Shown here in pieces: positions 27,347 through 40,380 of a stretch of 64,000 bases of DNA. Under the pieces are notes generated by a model, which saw only the letters and a list, made by a program, of their open reading frames with translations, searched no databases and was not told where the DNA came from. How positions within the stretch are numbered: position 1 is the stretch's first letter; each line of letters begins with the position of its first letter. The position numbers and the translations under genes were made by a program. Location of the stretch: the NCBI RefSeq assembly GCF_009914755.1, contig NC_060925.1, one strand, 5' to 3'. This stretch comes from the human T2T-CHM13v2.0 reference genome, Homo sapiens.

Positions 27347-28019
27347 AGAGTTTTGATGACTACTTTAGTTGCTTCTTGTCATTTAATTTATGATCTCAGC
27401 GTTGGCTACCTGTAAATAAATTTGAAAATTTTTCTTTCATGCTATTACTGCTATTATGAGCCTATAAATCACCACAGGCTAAAACGCAATCTTCCAAACA
27501 ATGATTTGTGTCTATATTAAATGCAAATGCAAAGATATATAAATATATTCACAAATAATTCATTTAAATACTCAATAGCGCTATTGGAAAATCCTGGACT
27601 ATAAGTGTGGGCAGAAACCAATGAATGTAACTGTGTTCTGTTGGCTAAGTAAATGCATAGTGAAATGTGGGTTCTACATAAGTACCTTGAAAACCAACAC
27701 TTTCAAAGAAGGAAGAGAGGGAGTGAATAAATGCAAAGACCCAAACTGTACAATGCCTCTTAGGCTTAACTATATAAGGAGTTGAAATTGCTATTTAATT
27801 ATTTATATACTATAAGTATCTTTAAAAAATAAAAAGGGTAGTGATTTCAACGGCTTGTAATGAAATAACAGGTATAATAAGGTCCCAAACCATTAACAAA
27901 AGATTAAAGAAAAAAAACAACCCATAGCCAAGAAGATAGGGAAGAGGTCAAGAAATCCTGTTGAGAACAGCTATACCATTTTTAGTTATTGTTTTAATGT
28001 TCACCTTTGGCATGAAATG

Positions 28020-28255
28020 ACAGTATAGCAGTGACAAGAAGTGTATCTTACCTCCATTATTTAATAGCCTTGTGATTTGGGGCAAACTTCTTTAACCTCT
28101 GTATGCCTCACTTCCCCCATTTGTAAAACATGGAGAAGAATAGTACCTATCTCATTAGAATCGTTAAGAGAGTAAGATGCGTTAATGTGTATGAAGTGCT
28201 TAGAATGGTGCCTGGCACATCATGAGCTCTGTCTGAGTGTTTGTTAAATAAAAAT
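28020..28255 (+). mobile_element. MIR SINE
   Basis: ggcaaacttctttaacctctgtatgcctcacttccccatttgtaaaa...gtgcttagaatggtgcctggcaca. Confidence 0.88.
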
Positions 28256-29405
28256 ATTTTTTTATTCAATGATATCATTCCCAGAGTAAGCCTGAGAAAA
28301 AAATGAATCATAAAACCAATAGCAAAGTCTTTTAAACATATGTACAGGCTGTTGAAGAAAGGGAAATGTCGTTCATTTTGGTCACAATTTTGTGAATGTA
28401 GAGTAAGGACTGTCGATTTCTTGCAAGGCTCTCATTTGAAAAAATGGATGCTGAAACCCATCTATATTAGGCAATCAATTTCTTCTTTTATTTCAATGCA
28501 ATAGATGTTTGTGAAAGTCATCTCTATTATTATGATGTCAATATTTGACCATGTTTGACCTGTGAAAGAGTGGAAGGTTGAAGTGGTTCAGTGTCATATT
28601 AACGTATAAAGAAGAACGACATTTGTTCCAAACTAAAATGGCTTTTAAGCTCCCACTTTGCTGAGAGTGGGTGCTTCTGGATGTTGAAGACAGTAGGTGA
28701 CTTAGGGGAAGTTGTGAGAAATTTCCTGTGTGTTTGCTCTTCAGTCTTGAGTGATGGGACACCATTTCCTTAGATTTAGCCACAAGATTTCCTGGAGTTT
28801 CAGAGAAAATAGAATTTTTTTCATCCTTCTCTACTTTATAGGCTCAAGAATGTCAACCCACCCAGGTGGTGAAGGAATAAACTCTGTAAATGATCATCAC
28901 AGACTTTTTCCAGCTTGACAGACATTTATCGAGAGTCTCCTAAAAGCCTCACCTTAAGAATATAAGCATCATGAATGTCATAAGGATTATGATCAGCAGT
29001 AGCATTTGAATTTTAAGTAGGGACCATTTCGTGAGAACCATGTGCCTGTCACTGTGCTCGGTGTTTCACAGGCATTTATTTCCTCTCTGAAATCCCTGGG
29101 AAGTAGGGTCCTTGCCTCTAAGGAGTTGAGAACCCAGAGCGGGAAACAGACAAGCAGCTCTAATGTCATGGGATGAGCTGTCTCCCCGTCCGCTCCTCCA
29201 GGCAGATGTCCTCCATGATGCATCTGAACTCATGCCCAGCTCCTTCTAAAGGCTGCTGTGGCTACACTCAGTGCCTCTTCTGCAGAGCAAGTCACCTCCC
29301 ATGCTAGAGCAGGAGCTGATGCTTTATTGTGAGTCAGGGGGCAGCATGGAAACACTGAGAGGGAAGGCAGCCTCCCAGGGAGCTGTAAAGAATGTGCAGT
29401 ACAAG

Positions 29406-29879
<474 letters not shown>

Positions 29880-30057
29880 CTATGAGTCATATACAGAAAA
29901 AGGTAGGATGGTAAATAAAAAGTAAAAACCCTCTACATCTGAGCAGTAGCATTACGGCTACCACTTATCAAAGCCCACTGTGTGCTAAGGGCTCCGCATG
30001 TACTCACGGGCTCCATCTTCACAGCAATGCTCAGATGTAGGTACTATTGTCTCCATC

Positions 30058-30384
<327 letters not shown>

Positions 30385-32834
30385 ATCCTTTATTTTATTG
30401 ATGGAGAAAATGAGCCATAGGGCAGTTACGTCACAGCTGCGTGGGAGGTTTGAACCCAGGTCTGTCTGGGTCTAAGTCCCATTGTGTTCTTAAGACATTG
30501 AGCCCGCCTAGCCTGGGCACAGCTTTGATTTCTGCCTCTCTCTGTCTCCAACCTTCCCATTCTCTTCCCCCACTTTTCAGTCTCCCCCTTGTGATTTCAG
30601 CCTATCCCTGGCATCCAATGGTAACTGCAGCCAGGGCCCTGCCCTGCCAGAGATGCCCAAGAGTAGAGGAATAAGATGAGGTTTTATCTAAAACAGGGAT
30701 GAGGCATTTGTGCAAAGGATCTAACAAAACATTAGACAGATTCGTGCCTTGGAAGCCTTCCCCATACTCTAAGGAGAAGGTGACAGAGCTCTGAGGAACC
30801 CTCATCCATCAGTTCAACAGCAACATGTTGCTAATATTTGCCAGCTGTGTGACTAGTCCTCTCTCTTACAGATGTGGACACTGAAGCAGGATGAACGTTA
30901 AGAGGCTCACCCTGGGGTCACACACAGCACAGCAGGGATTAAAATCCATAGACTTTGAATTTCTAGCCTATTGCTTGCTCTGCCAGGTTACCGTCCACGC
31001 CGTCAGGAACGGATGGCTAGCTGCCTCATGTGATTGAGTGTGAATGTACTTTTCTTGCTCCCGATTCACCATTCTCAGGGGCAGCAGTGCAGGGAGCCTG
31101 GACTGCGCACTTGCCTCCAGGGTACATAGAGGGAAACTCAGGAAAGAGACAGACTCCAGAAGCCGACTTCGAGATCAGGGGTCACTCCTCTTTAAAAACA
31201 CGGCAGGCGGTGTGAGTTTCCTGTGCTTTGCTTACTTACCAAATTATCTTCAGAACCTCCGACTTCCACAGGAGGGTTGGAGACAGCAGGTAGGGATTCC
31301 AGGTTAACAAGCTCTTCTCATAGATGGCCCTGTGTCCTGAAATTCTGTGCTGTACAAATGGGAACCACGCCCACTGTCTTGAGGCCAGTGCTTTGACATT
31401 TTAAAACCCACCTCCTCTTCACTATGACTAAACAAAGATATATATATATATGTAACGTGAAAGTGAACCAAGTGCCGTATCTCTGGAAAGCCCACACTGC
31501 TGAGAAAATGGCAAATAGGCCTCCTTTCTCTTTTAACTGAGAGTGTGGAGAGTGAGGAACATCAGAAATTCTGAGTTTTGTTTGCTTTCCCACAAGGCCA
31601 GTGGGGACAGCTGTTGGTTTTAATTCACATCTTGGCCCAGATAAATATTTTCTCTATGGAGAGTACAACCAGAATTTTCCAGAAGTTTCACATTGGGTAG
31701 GTGCTTTCCGGTGGTCAGGCCTCCTTGCCCCCCAGAGAATGGCTTCTGTGCGGATAGCTCCATCTGGAACAGGACTAGCCCTCAATAAGCACCAAATTGA
31801 GGGTACAAAGGAGTTCAGGGACCCCCTTGTGTGCCCTGGCTCCGCTTGGTGGCCCCCTTACTTCCTGTTTCTAAAAGGAGGCTCCAAAATACCAGGGGTC
31901 TCACAACCTGATGCAGCTACTGATTTCAGATTCCGATTTACTCTTAAGATTTGTAATTATGTCTGAATATGTTTTATGGAATTTGTCATTGGCTTATGTC
32001 TACTTAATTTAAACAGCCCATAGCCCCTTGTTCTTGTCGTATGTGAAGTAACAGTACTGTTTCAATGAATTGTGATGAGGTCAGTTACTTTAGAAGGCCA
32101 GGAATTACGGGCAGAGCAGACGCCCCAAGGATCCTTCTCTCATGGGCCATAAAATTGTCAGAAACACAAAAATACTAAAGCACAATATTAACATGATCAT
32201 AAATAAAGATTCAAAGATGATTGTGATAAAGAACAGAATGCCTTATAGGAACTTTTGCAGTCTCTATAAACCAGAGCATCATAAAATCATAATCTGGCAA
32301 TAAACGTGAGAGGCCACATTCACTCTGAGGTTAGAAGTCACATGTCCCTTGTGATATCAAACCTGCCTATAATTTTTATTTTTAAAATGTTACTATAAAT
32401 CAGAGCATCATAAACCTGGCAATAAACTCGAGGAGCCAGTTTTCATGTGCGACTAGGAGTCAGAATTCCCCAGCAATAGAAAAAAGTTATTTTTTTATAA
32501 TTTATATTTTTTAAACATAATATCCAAGTAATTATTATACTGAATGTATTTGACAAATGTCTACATGAAACATTAGAGTTAAATTACTCATCAGCCTTAC
32601 ATTATAATACCATTTAAAATGTTTCAGACTTAGTATGACTTTTAATCATTCGGTTGACATAATTCGCAAAGGAATTATTTTTCTTCTTATTGTTTTGAGA
32701 GCTGCTTATAACATTCGAAGAGATGTGTAGAATCTCAGGTCTAAAGTCCGCACTCCCCTGACAACCTTCCTCCTATTTGTAGCTTTTAAACTGACACCCT
32801 TGCCTACATTTTAGAAGGTTCTTTTTTAAAAAAT

Positions 32835-33088
32835 AGAGAGAGATGAGAGGAGATTTACTAAGGAAATTGGCTATCATGATTATGGAGGCTGAGAAGTCCT
32901 ACAACAGACCATCTGCAGCTGGAGACCCTGGGATGCTGGGTTCATGGCTCAGTACAAGCCTGAAAGTGTCAGAACCAGGGAAGCTGATGGCGTAACTCAG
33001 CCTGAGGCCCAAGGGTGAGAATCTGGGGTGGCTGATGTGAGTTCTGGAGTCCAAAAGCTAAAGAGCCTGGAGTTCTGATGTCCAAGGA
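32835..33088 (-). mobile_element. MLT2-family (ERVL) LTR fragment
   Basis: gagatttactaaggaaattggct...attatggaggctgagaagtcc...cctggagttctgatgtccaagg. Confidence 0.75.
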
Positions 33089-33094
33089 CTCTTA

Positions 33095-33335
33095 GAAGCT
33101 GGACCGTGTACTAGGCTACCAGGGATGTATCAGTGAACAGGACAGACATGGTTCTAGTTCTCATAGGGTGGGAAAGATATTGTCCAAGTAATTACACAAA
33201 TAATTACCTAATTACAAATTTGTATGTATGATTTAAGGAAGACATACAGGGCACTGTGAGAGTGCAGGAAAGGGCACCCTCACTAAGCCTGAGAAAGCAG
33301 AAAGAAGTGACTTTTAAGCTAAAGGAGATGACCTG
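33095..33335 (-). mobile_element. L2 fragment
   Basis: gtactaggc...cagtgaacaggacagacatggttc...gaagtgacttttaagct. Confidence 0.7.
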
Positions 33336-35559
33336 CAAAAGGAGTGTGAACACATCTGGCTCCTGAATGTTCCTTAGAAGATGACGACTTTTTCCTCCTA
33401 CCCAACCCTAATACAGCTGTCATTCAGAACTTTCTGTTCTCACTTCAAGCAACAACATAGAATATCTACCTACAGATACTTGTTTAAAAATTCAGCCAAA
33501 ACTTGAGCACTTTTGAAACTTGATGAAGGCATCAGATTTTGAATAATACTTATTTTCTCTACCTGTCAATCCGTCACCCTTTGTCCCACTCATTTGTGTA
33601 TAACCTCTCACTGCCTAATATCTCTTACCAGGATTTCTGCAGCCACCTCCTTGCCTTCAGTCTTGTCAAAGGAATTGTCCCCACTGCTATCTGGGCATTC
33701 TCAGTAAAACCTGAATTTAGCCAAGAGGTTTCCATTCTTTGCCAGCTCCTACTCATCAGGCTGGGTTAGATAGCCTTCATCAACAGCATCTCTGCATATT
33801 TCTTTCATTGTCTTCAGTGGGGCACACTGGTGTCATTAGCATTGTTTTGATTGTATGTACAGCGTCAGGCAGGCAAAGGCTTAGGAAATACTCGAAATCC
33901 ACAAGTTGGTGTTCACTTATCTCAAGAGTCAAAGAGAGACAAATCCAGCTAAGACAGTGGAGGGAGTTGGTTACGTCTTGGTGGGAATTGCAGATTTCAG
34001 AGAGTGGACAGAAAATTAAATAATGATAGGATTTAAGTCTTGGATCATGGACGAGTGACCAATCCCTTTATCAAGTTTTGGTGTACCTGTTAGAGTAACA
34101 ATAAAGACACCTCATTTTGTCTCATCATGGTTGCAGCAAGAATCAAGTCCTAGGTCTTAAAGAAACTTCCATAAACTTGTTTGGGTTAGGATAACAAAAT
34201 TTTTTTGAGTGGATAAATTAAAAATGTTTTTTTAAACTTTGGGACGATATAGCATTAAATATTTAAATTTTAAAATAAATCAAACCAATAAATTAAGACT
34301 TTAGGCTAAATTTGGGCAGAGTAAGTATATGTTTGCTGTATTTGGATTTTGGAATACTTAAGAAAAATGGGCACATTTCAATGTGTAACAGAATACCATT
34401 CTAATTTCACATTTCAGTTTAAAATGTGAAATGGAGGTAATCAATTTGACTTACGATTCTAAGTTGAAAAACATAAGAGAATATTACCAAAATTGTAAAC
34501 AATATACAAAAAGTTTAAAGAGGCTTAAGAACCATTGTATGAAAAAGTTCCCTTTTTATTAGATTTAAGAGAGCAGTGTAGATACTTGGGAAACTTTTGT
34601 TTATTAATCAGATAATTGAAGCATTTTTAAAAAGAAGCAGAATATATTATTTTTATAAATACAATTTTAAATATTTAAAGTAATTTAATTAAGAAGTAAA
34701 AGGACTCTTAAAAGTAGTTGGAAAAATGTATTCGATGTTTAAATAGAATAATAAGAGTTGTGAGTTGAACCTAAACTTGAGGAAAAATTAGATTTTAAGC
34801 TTGGGAATTTTTAATTTTGATAAATCAGGTATTAATTTTTAAGCCCCTAAAGTTCCTACACGGACCGGAAAAATCAAATTGAAAATGGCAATTATCGGTG
34901 GTTTATCAACCTTCCCTTTTATATTTTATCTTGAAGATAAGGGTCAAGTCTCACCAAAATGGTAATTTTTTGATTAATATGGCTTTTTCATCCACTGTTT
35001 CACCTCTTTCATCAGCTGGCTGACCTCCTGTTTTATTCTGCATTTATATAGAGCAGGATTGAATATTAAATTACTATCATTTTTCTCGTTTTATTCAGGC
35101 AGGCTGAATTTTCTAGACCACACAAGTGGTCTAGAAACGAGCTTGTTTTAAAAATTTGGCTCAGAACTTGTGGCAAATATTTTCAATTCAACGTACTATA
35201 AATATAATTCTTACTGCCTGGCACAATCCCATGGGAGCAGTTTGTGTGCTGAAGCCTATAGCAGACATAGAGTCCACGGACATTGTTTTATCTACCTTGT
35301 AAGCTCAGCCCATTTGCTGGATTGGGAAATAAAAAGGACTGAGTTTATCTTCCAGCCTTCTTCATTTAAGTGTCCTATATAGTCAATGATTTACACACTG
35401 TGCTCCTGTAGAAACGCTGGGGTCCTACCAACCCATTGTTCACAGACAGCAAATTCTGACTTGTTTTTCAGTAGAAGTGACACCCTGCCGTCAGTTCAAC
35501 CGTCCCTTTCTTGTCCTGTCTCCCCCTGTGATCATCAGAGGCTCACATTTATGAGCCTT

Positions 35560-36110
35560 CTGGAGTCACAGAACAAGTGTGTGCAACTAACCAGCCCACA
35601 TGGACGTCAGACTTGCCTCGTGACCTTGGCTCAGGTTATGCTTAACAACTGGCAGAAAGGTAACTGCCAGAGCCGAGCTGGACATAACACACGATCCACA
35701 GCCCACAGCCAGGCGTGGCTTCAGCAGCCCCTGGACCCTGAGGGCATGGGGCCCATGCCGGGCTTTGTGGGCAGGATGTGTGCAGGGGGCCGGCAGCTGC
35801 TTTGTGCCAGCACAAGTGGGACAGCTGCAATGAATGGGCCAAAGAGCCACCTCAAAGGCACACTGTGCCCAACTTCAAACACACGGCCTTGCTGCGGACA
35901 GCTGAGGAACAGCAGCAGCGGCGGCAGCGGCAGTAGCAACAAACAGGCCGCCTGGGCCCAGCTTTAGGAGGGAGGCAGGGAGGGACTCCCCACTGTGCAG
36001 GGCAGCCCGCTGGCAGCGTTGGACAATGCCCAGTCCACAGCAGCTGCAACCGCCGGCCAAAAGCGATCTGCACATGCGATCCGACTGACCTCAGCTCAGT
36101 CAGAGTAAGG
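35560..36110. promoter_or_regulatory. GC/CpG-rich enhancer- or promoter-like element
   Basis: Non-repetitive GC-rich stretch. CAGCTG E-boxes at 35794, 35822, 35899 and 36041; CTTTGT (SOX-type) at 35763 and 35800; TCAAAG at 35852; AACAAACA at 35938; possible donor AGA|GTAAGG at 36104/36105. Confidence 0.55.
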
Positions 36111-37078
36111 GACATCGATCTCTAAGGTCCCACCAGATTGTATCTGTAACGGGCGTACAGGCGATGTTGCTATGTTCTGGTTCTACCTACCTCCATTAGA
36201 ATGTTTTCCGAATCTGCTAAGGACCACCGATAGGACCCCAGCTATGGAGCTGTCAGCGTAAATATAGAGGCTGGTTACATGGGCTCCTCAAACTCTCCCA
36301 CCGTATAACCCTGCTTGATTCATTCCTGTTTCTTTCCCCGACGCCAGTGTCTCCAGGAGGAGTGGGCATCACAGGCGGCTGCGTGCTTATTACCCCCTCT
36401 TCCTGCCGTGTAGGGGTGGTGGAAGTTGTTGGGATAAGGCACACAGATGCTCCACCACTGAGGACGTCCTTTGATTGAATTGTATTAGTTCTCTCTAAAT
36501 GGGTACTCCCCTTGCATCCTGTGCGTTACCATGCTGTTTATATTAACACCCAGCACTCAGCTCATCCATGATGAACGCTCAGAGAAAATTGGGTGGGCTC
36601 AAACATAATTCGATCACTAAGAGCGAATGTTTAAGAGAGGCTGATACACTAATCGCTTAGTGATACACACACACCCCCCACCAGATGTTTGAAAGGAAAA
36701 AAGATTTTTGACTTCTCCCAAGGGATTGAGAAATAAATGTATGGGCAAGAGGTGTCTAGTCTACATATGCAGTTGCTGATATTATTCCACGACTAGTTTT
36801 CTTATTCATTTTTGTCACTATTGTTCTCACTTTATTTTAAGGCCCCTCCCTCACCCTCTACCCACTGCCTTTTGTTCCCAGCCATACTGTACAACAATCT
36901 GAAAGTTTCAGGAGCATCTTACTTTACCTCTATGCCTGTGTCTAGTTCACCCTCGGTAAGGAGTAGGTTAATGGTCTGTTGTTAGAACTCAGAGACATAA
37001 CACACTGCTGTTCTTCAGAAATTTTAGATGCAGAAGAGTTGGTTCCCAACAGTGAGAGCTAAGGGGTACTGCTCTGGG

Positions 37079-37086
37079 TTTCTTTT

Positions 37087-37154
<68 letters not shown>

Positions 37155-37484
37155 TTCTTTCTTTCTTTCCTTCTTTCTTTCTTTCTTTCCTTCCTTCCTT
37201 CTTTCTTTCTTTCTTCTTTCTTTTTCTTTCTCTCTCTCTCCTTCCTTCCTTGTTTCTCTCTTTCTTCTTTTCTCTCTTTCTCTCTCTCTCTCCCTCTCTT
37301 TTCCCTCCCTTCCTCTCTTCCTCTCTCCCTTCCTTTCTTCCTTCCTTCCTCCCTTCCATCCTTCCTTCCTTCCTTTCTTTTTCTTTCTCTCTCTTTCTTT
37401 CTTTTCTTTCTTTCTCTCTCTCCCTTTCTTCCCCCTCCATCCTTCCCTCCTTCCCTTCCTTCCTTCCCTCCTTCTCTTTTTCTT
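37079..37484. repeat. (TTTC)n/(TTCC)n polypyrimidine tract, ~400 bp
   Basis: Nearly pure C/T; lies at the tail position of the adjacent antisense L1. Confidence 0.97.
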
Positions 37485-37905
37485 ATTGTAATAAACTATG
37501 CATAGCTTAAAAGTTACCGTTACCACTTTAAGTGTACAATCCAGTGGCATTAAGTACCTTCGTAATGCTCTGTAACCATCGCTATCTATATCCAGAGCTT
37601 TTTCAGCATCCTAAGTGGAAACTCTAGCCATTAAGCAGTAACTCTCCTCCCTCCCGCCCCCGATAGCCTCTATTCTTTCTGTCTCTTTGAACTTGCCTAT
37701 TCTCGGCATTTGTGATTTGTGACTGGCTTATTCCTTCTGGCAAATGTCTTCAAGGTTCACCCATGTTGTGGCGTGTGTCAGAATTTCATTTCTTTTTATG
37801 ACTGAATAATATTCCAATAATATTATATCACATTTTATTGATCCATTCACCTGTTGATGGACAGGTTATTTCCACCTTTTGGTTGTTGTGAATAATGCTG
37901 CTGTA
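37480..37905 (-). mobile_element. L1MB/ME-type 3' fragment
   Basis: tttaagtgtacaatccagtggcattaagtac...aaggttcacccatgttgtggcgtgtgtcagaatttcatt. Confidence 0.88.
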
Positions 37906-38124
37906 CCTGTTTGCTTTTTGAGGATAAACAGCTTAGATCTAACTGGCACTGAAGATATCTGTTTAGGACACTGAGGGTTTTGGGGACATTTTTACCGTAA
38001 TTCTAAGTACCCAGAGTCCTTGGGTGTATGCAGTTGCCTACTAAATCAACTTCGTACTGCCTTAAATTTCAAAAATTACTTTTAAGAAATCAGAGTACAC
38101 TATATAATTTGTATCAAGATGTAT

Positions 38125-38751
38125 TGTTACCAGAAAGGGGTCCAGATCCAGACCTCAGGAGAGGGTTCTTAGATCTCACACAAGAAAGAATCCTGGGCAA
38201 ATCCATAAAGTGAAAGCAAGTTTATTTAAAAAGTAAAGGAATAAAGAATGGTGATTCCATAGGCAGAGCAGAGACATGGGCTCCTCAGTTAGGAACACTT
38301 ACAGTTACTTCTTGATTATATGCTAAACAAGGGGTGGATTATTCATGAGTTTGCTGGGAAAGGGGTGGGCAATTCCCAGAACTGAGGGTTCTTCCCCTTT
38401 TAGACCATATAGGGTAACTTGCTGATGTTGCCATGGCATTGGTTAACTGTCATGGTGCTGGCGGGAGAGTCTCTTAGAGTGCTACTGCATTGTAATTAGG
38501 GTACAATGAGCAGTGAGGATGACCAGAGGTCACATTCATTGCCATCTTGGTTTTGGTAGGTTTTGACCCGCTTCTTCACCACAAACTGTTTTATCAGCAA
38601 GGTTTTTGTGGCCTGTATCTTGTGCCAGTCTCCTATCTCATCCTGTGGCTTAGAATGCCTTAACCTCCAGGGAATGCAGCCCAGTAGGCCTCAGCCTTAT
38701 TTTATTCAGCACCTATTCAAGATGGAGTCACTCTGGCTCAGGCCTCTGACA
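38125..38751 (-). mobile_element. MER41B (ERV1) solo LTR
   Basis: tgttaccagaaagggg...cctctgaca, 627 bp, 4-bp TSD gtat; retains the GAS-bearing segment 38348-38390. Confidence 0.93.
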
Positions 38752-39030
38752 GTATTAGTTACAATCTCACAATACCATGACTTTTAGATGGACCCAATAG
38801 CATAACAAGTAATATCCAGACATCAGACATAGGCCTAGAATGTTTTACAGAATAGCCAATTTGTACTGAAGCCATTGTTTCGGTAAAAATATCTAATTTT
38901 TTGAATGAATTACAGTTTGTCATGCTGTGGCCTCCATTGTGCATTCTGTGGTAGTTGTAATAGCACATCAGAGATGAATACAAGTTCATTTTTTATTATC
39001 GAAATTAAAAATAACCAGCTTTATCAATAG

Positions 39031-39576
<546 letters not shown>

Positions 39577-40174
39577 TGACTCTTATCTACCTGTAACTCT
39601 CCTTGTCCAAGAGATGTAGACACATCTGAGGCTCATTCAAAGTCAGAACTGTACTTGAAGGAGTTCTTTCCTGGGTTCCAGTCTAGGACAAGTTTCTCTT
39701 GGTAAGAAACCGGGCAGTGTTGTTAGCAGTCTGTAACCTCAGGCCCATTGCGGGTATATGGACCTTGGTTGAAATGCAGCAAAATCTGTTTTGCAGACAA
39801 CACACAATTGCTGAAGGTGGTGAAATAGGGATAGTGGGTTTTCAGGCATGTACTTTACCTGTTAGTTTAGGGAGCTGAAGGCAAAACATGTTACACCTCT
39901 GTCTCCCTGGTGCCAACAACGGCCTGGCACAGTGCTGTGAATCCCTGTGTCCTGGGATTAGCAGCATGGTGCATTTGGGCTTGGAGACAAACAAGGCCAG
40001 AAATATCCAGAATAGAGGCCTTATTCTAATGCTGTCTAATTTGGAAGTCACGATTTTCATCCAAATTCAGAGTGAGAAGTCCTGTATTCCCAGCTCTGTG
40101 CCCAGATGCTGGGCCGTCGCTTCTCCATCCTCCTGGCTCTGCCCTGTGGAGTAGAGTTGTGTCTTCATACCTGA

Positions 40175-40380
40175 CATTATTGAATGCTGGGATGTTCCAG
40201 GCACTAGTTCACAGCACTTCAAAATAATTCCACAGGGAAGTTATATTATTTTCATACCTAATTTTACCAAAGAGGAAACCAAAGCTTGGCCAGATGGACA
40301 TACCTGTGGTTACCCAGATCACGGAGGGCAAAGGTGAAACCCAAGGCAGGTGTGTGTGACTCCAGAGCCTGCTATTCCAA
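40175..40380 (-). mobile_element. MIR SINE
   Basis: ttattgaatgct...ccaggcact...gaggaaaccaaagc...aaacccaaggcaggtgtgtgtgactccagagcc. Confidence 0.75.

Noticed and set aside
34150-34900. AT-rich stretch with faint hAT-transposase-like words (SLKRLKNHC, INQIIEAF)
   Set aside because: Too degenerate to support by eye; needs a profile search.
35386-35967. Longest ORF in the track (193 aa)
   Set aside because: No recognisable domain; lies in GC-rich DNA where several frames on both strands are open, as expected by chance.
36613-36664. Imperfect inverted repeat atcactaag...cttagtgat as a pre-miRNA
   Set aside because: Stem too short and loop too large for a miRNA hairpin.
37024-37550. 138-163 aa K/E/R-rich and F/L/S-rich ORFs
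   Set aside because: Translations of the (TTTC)n tract.
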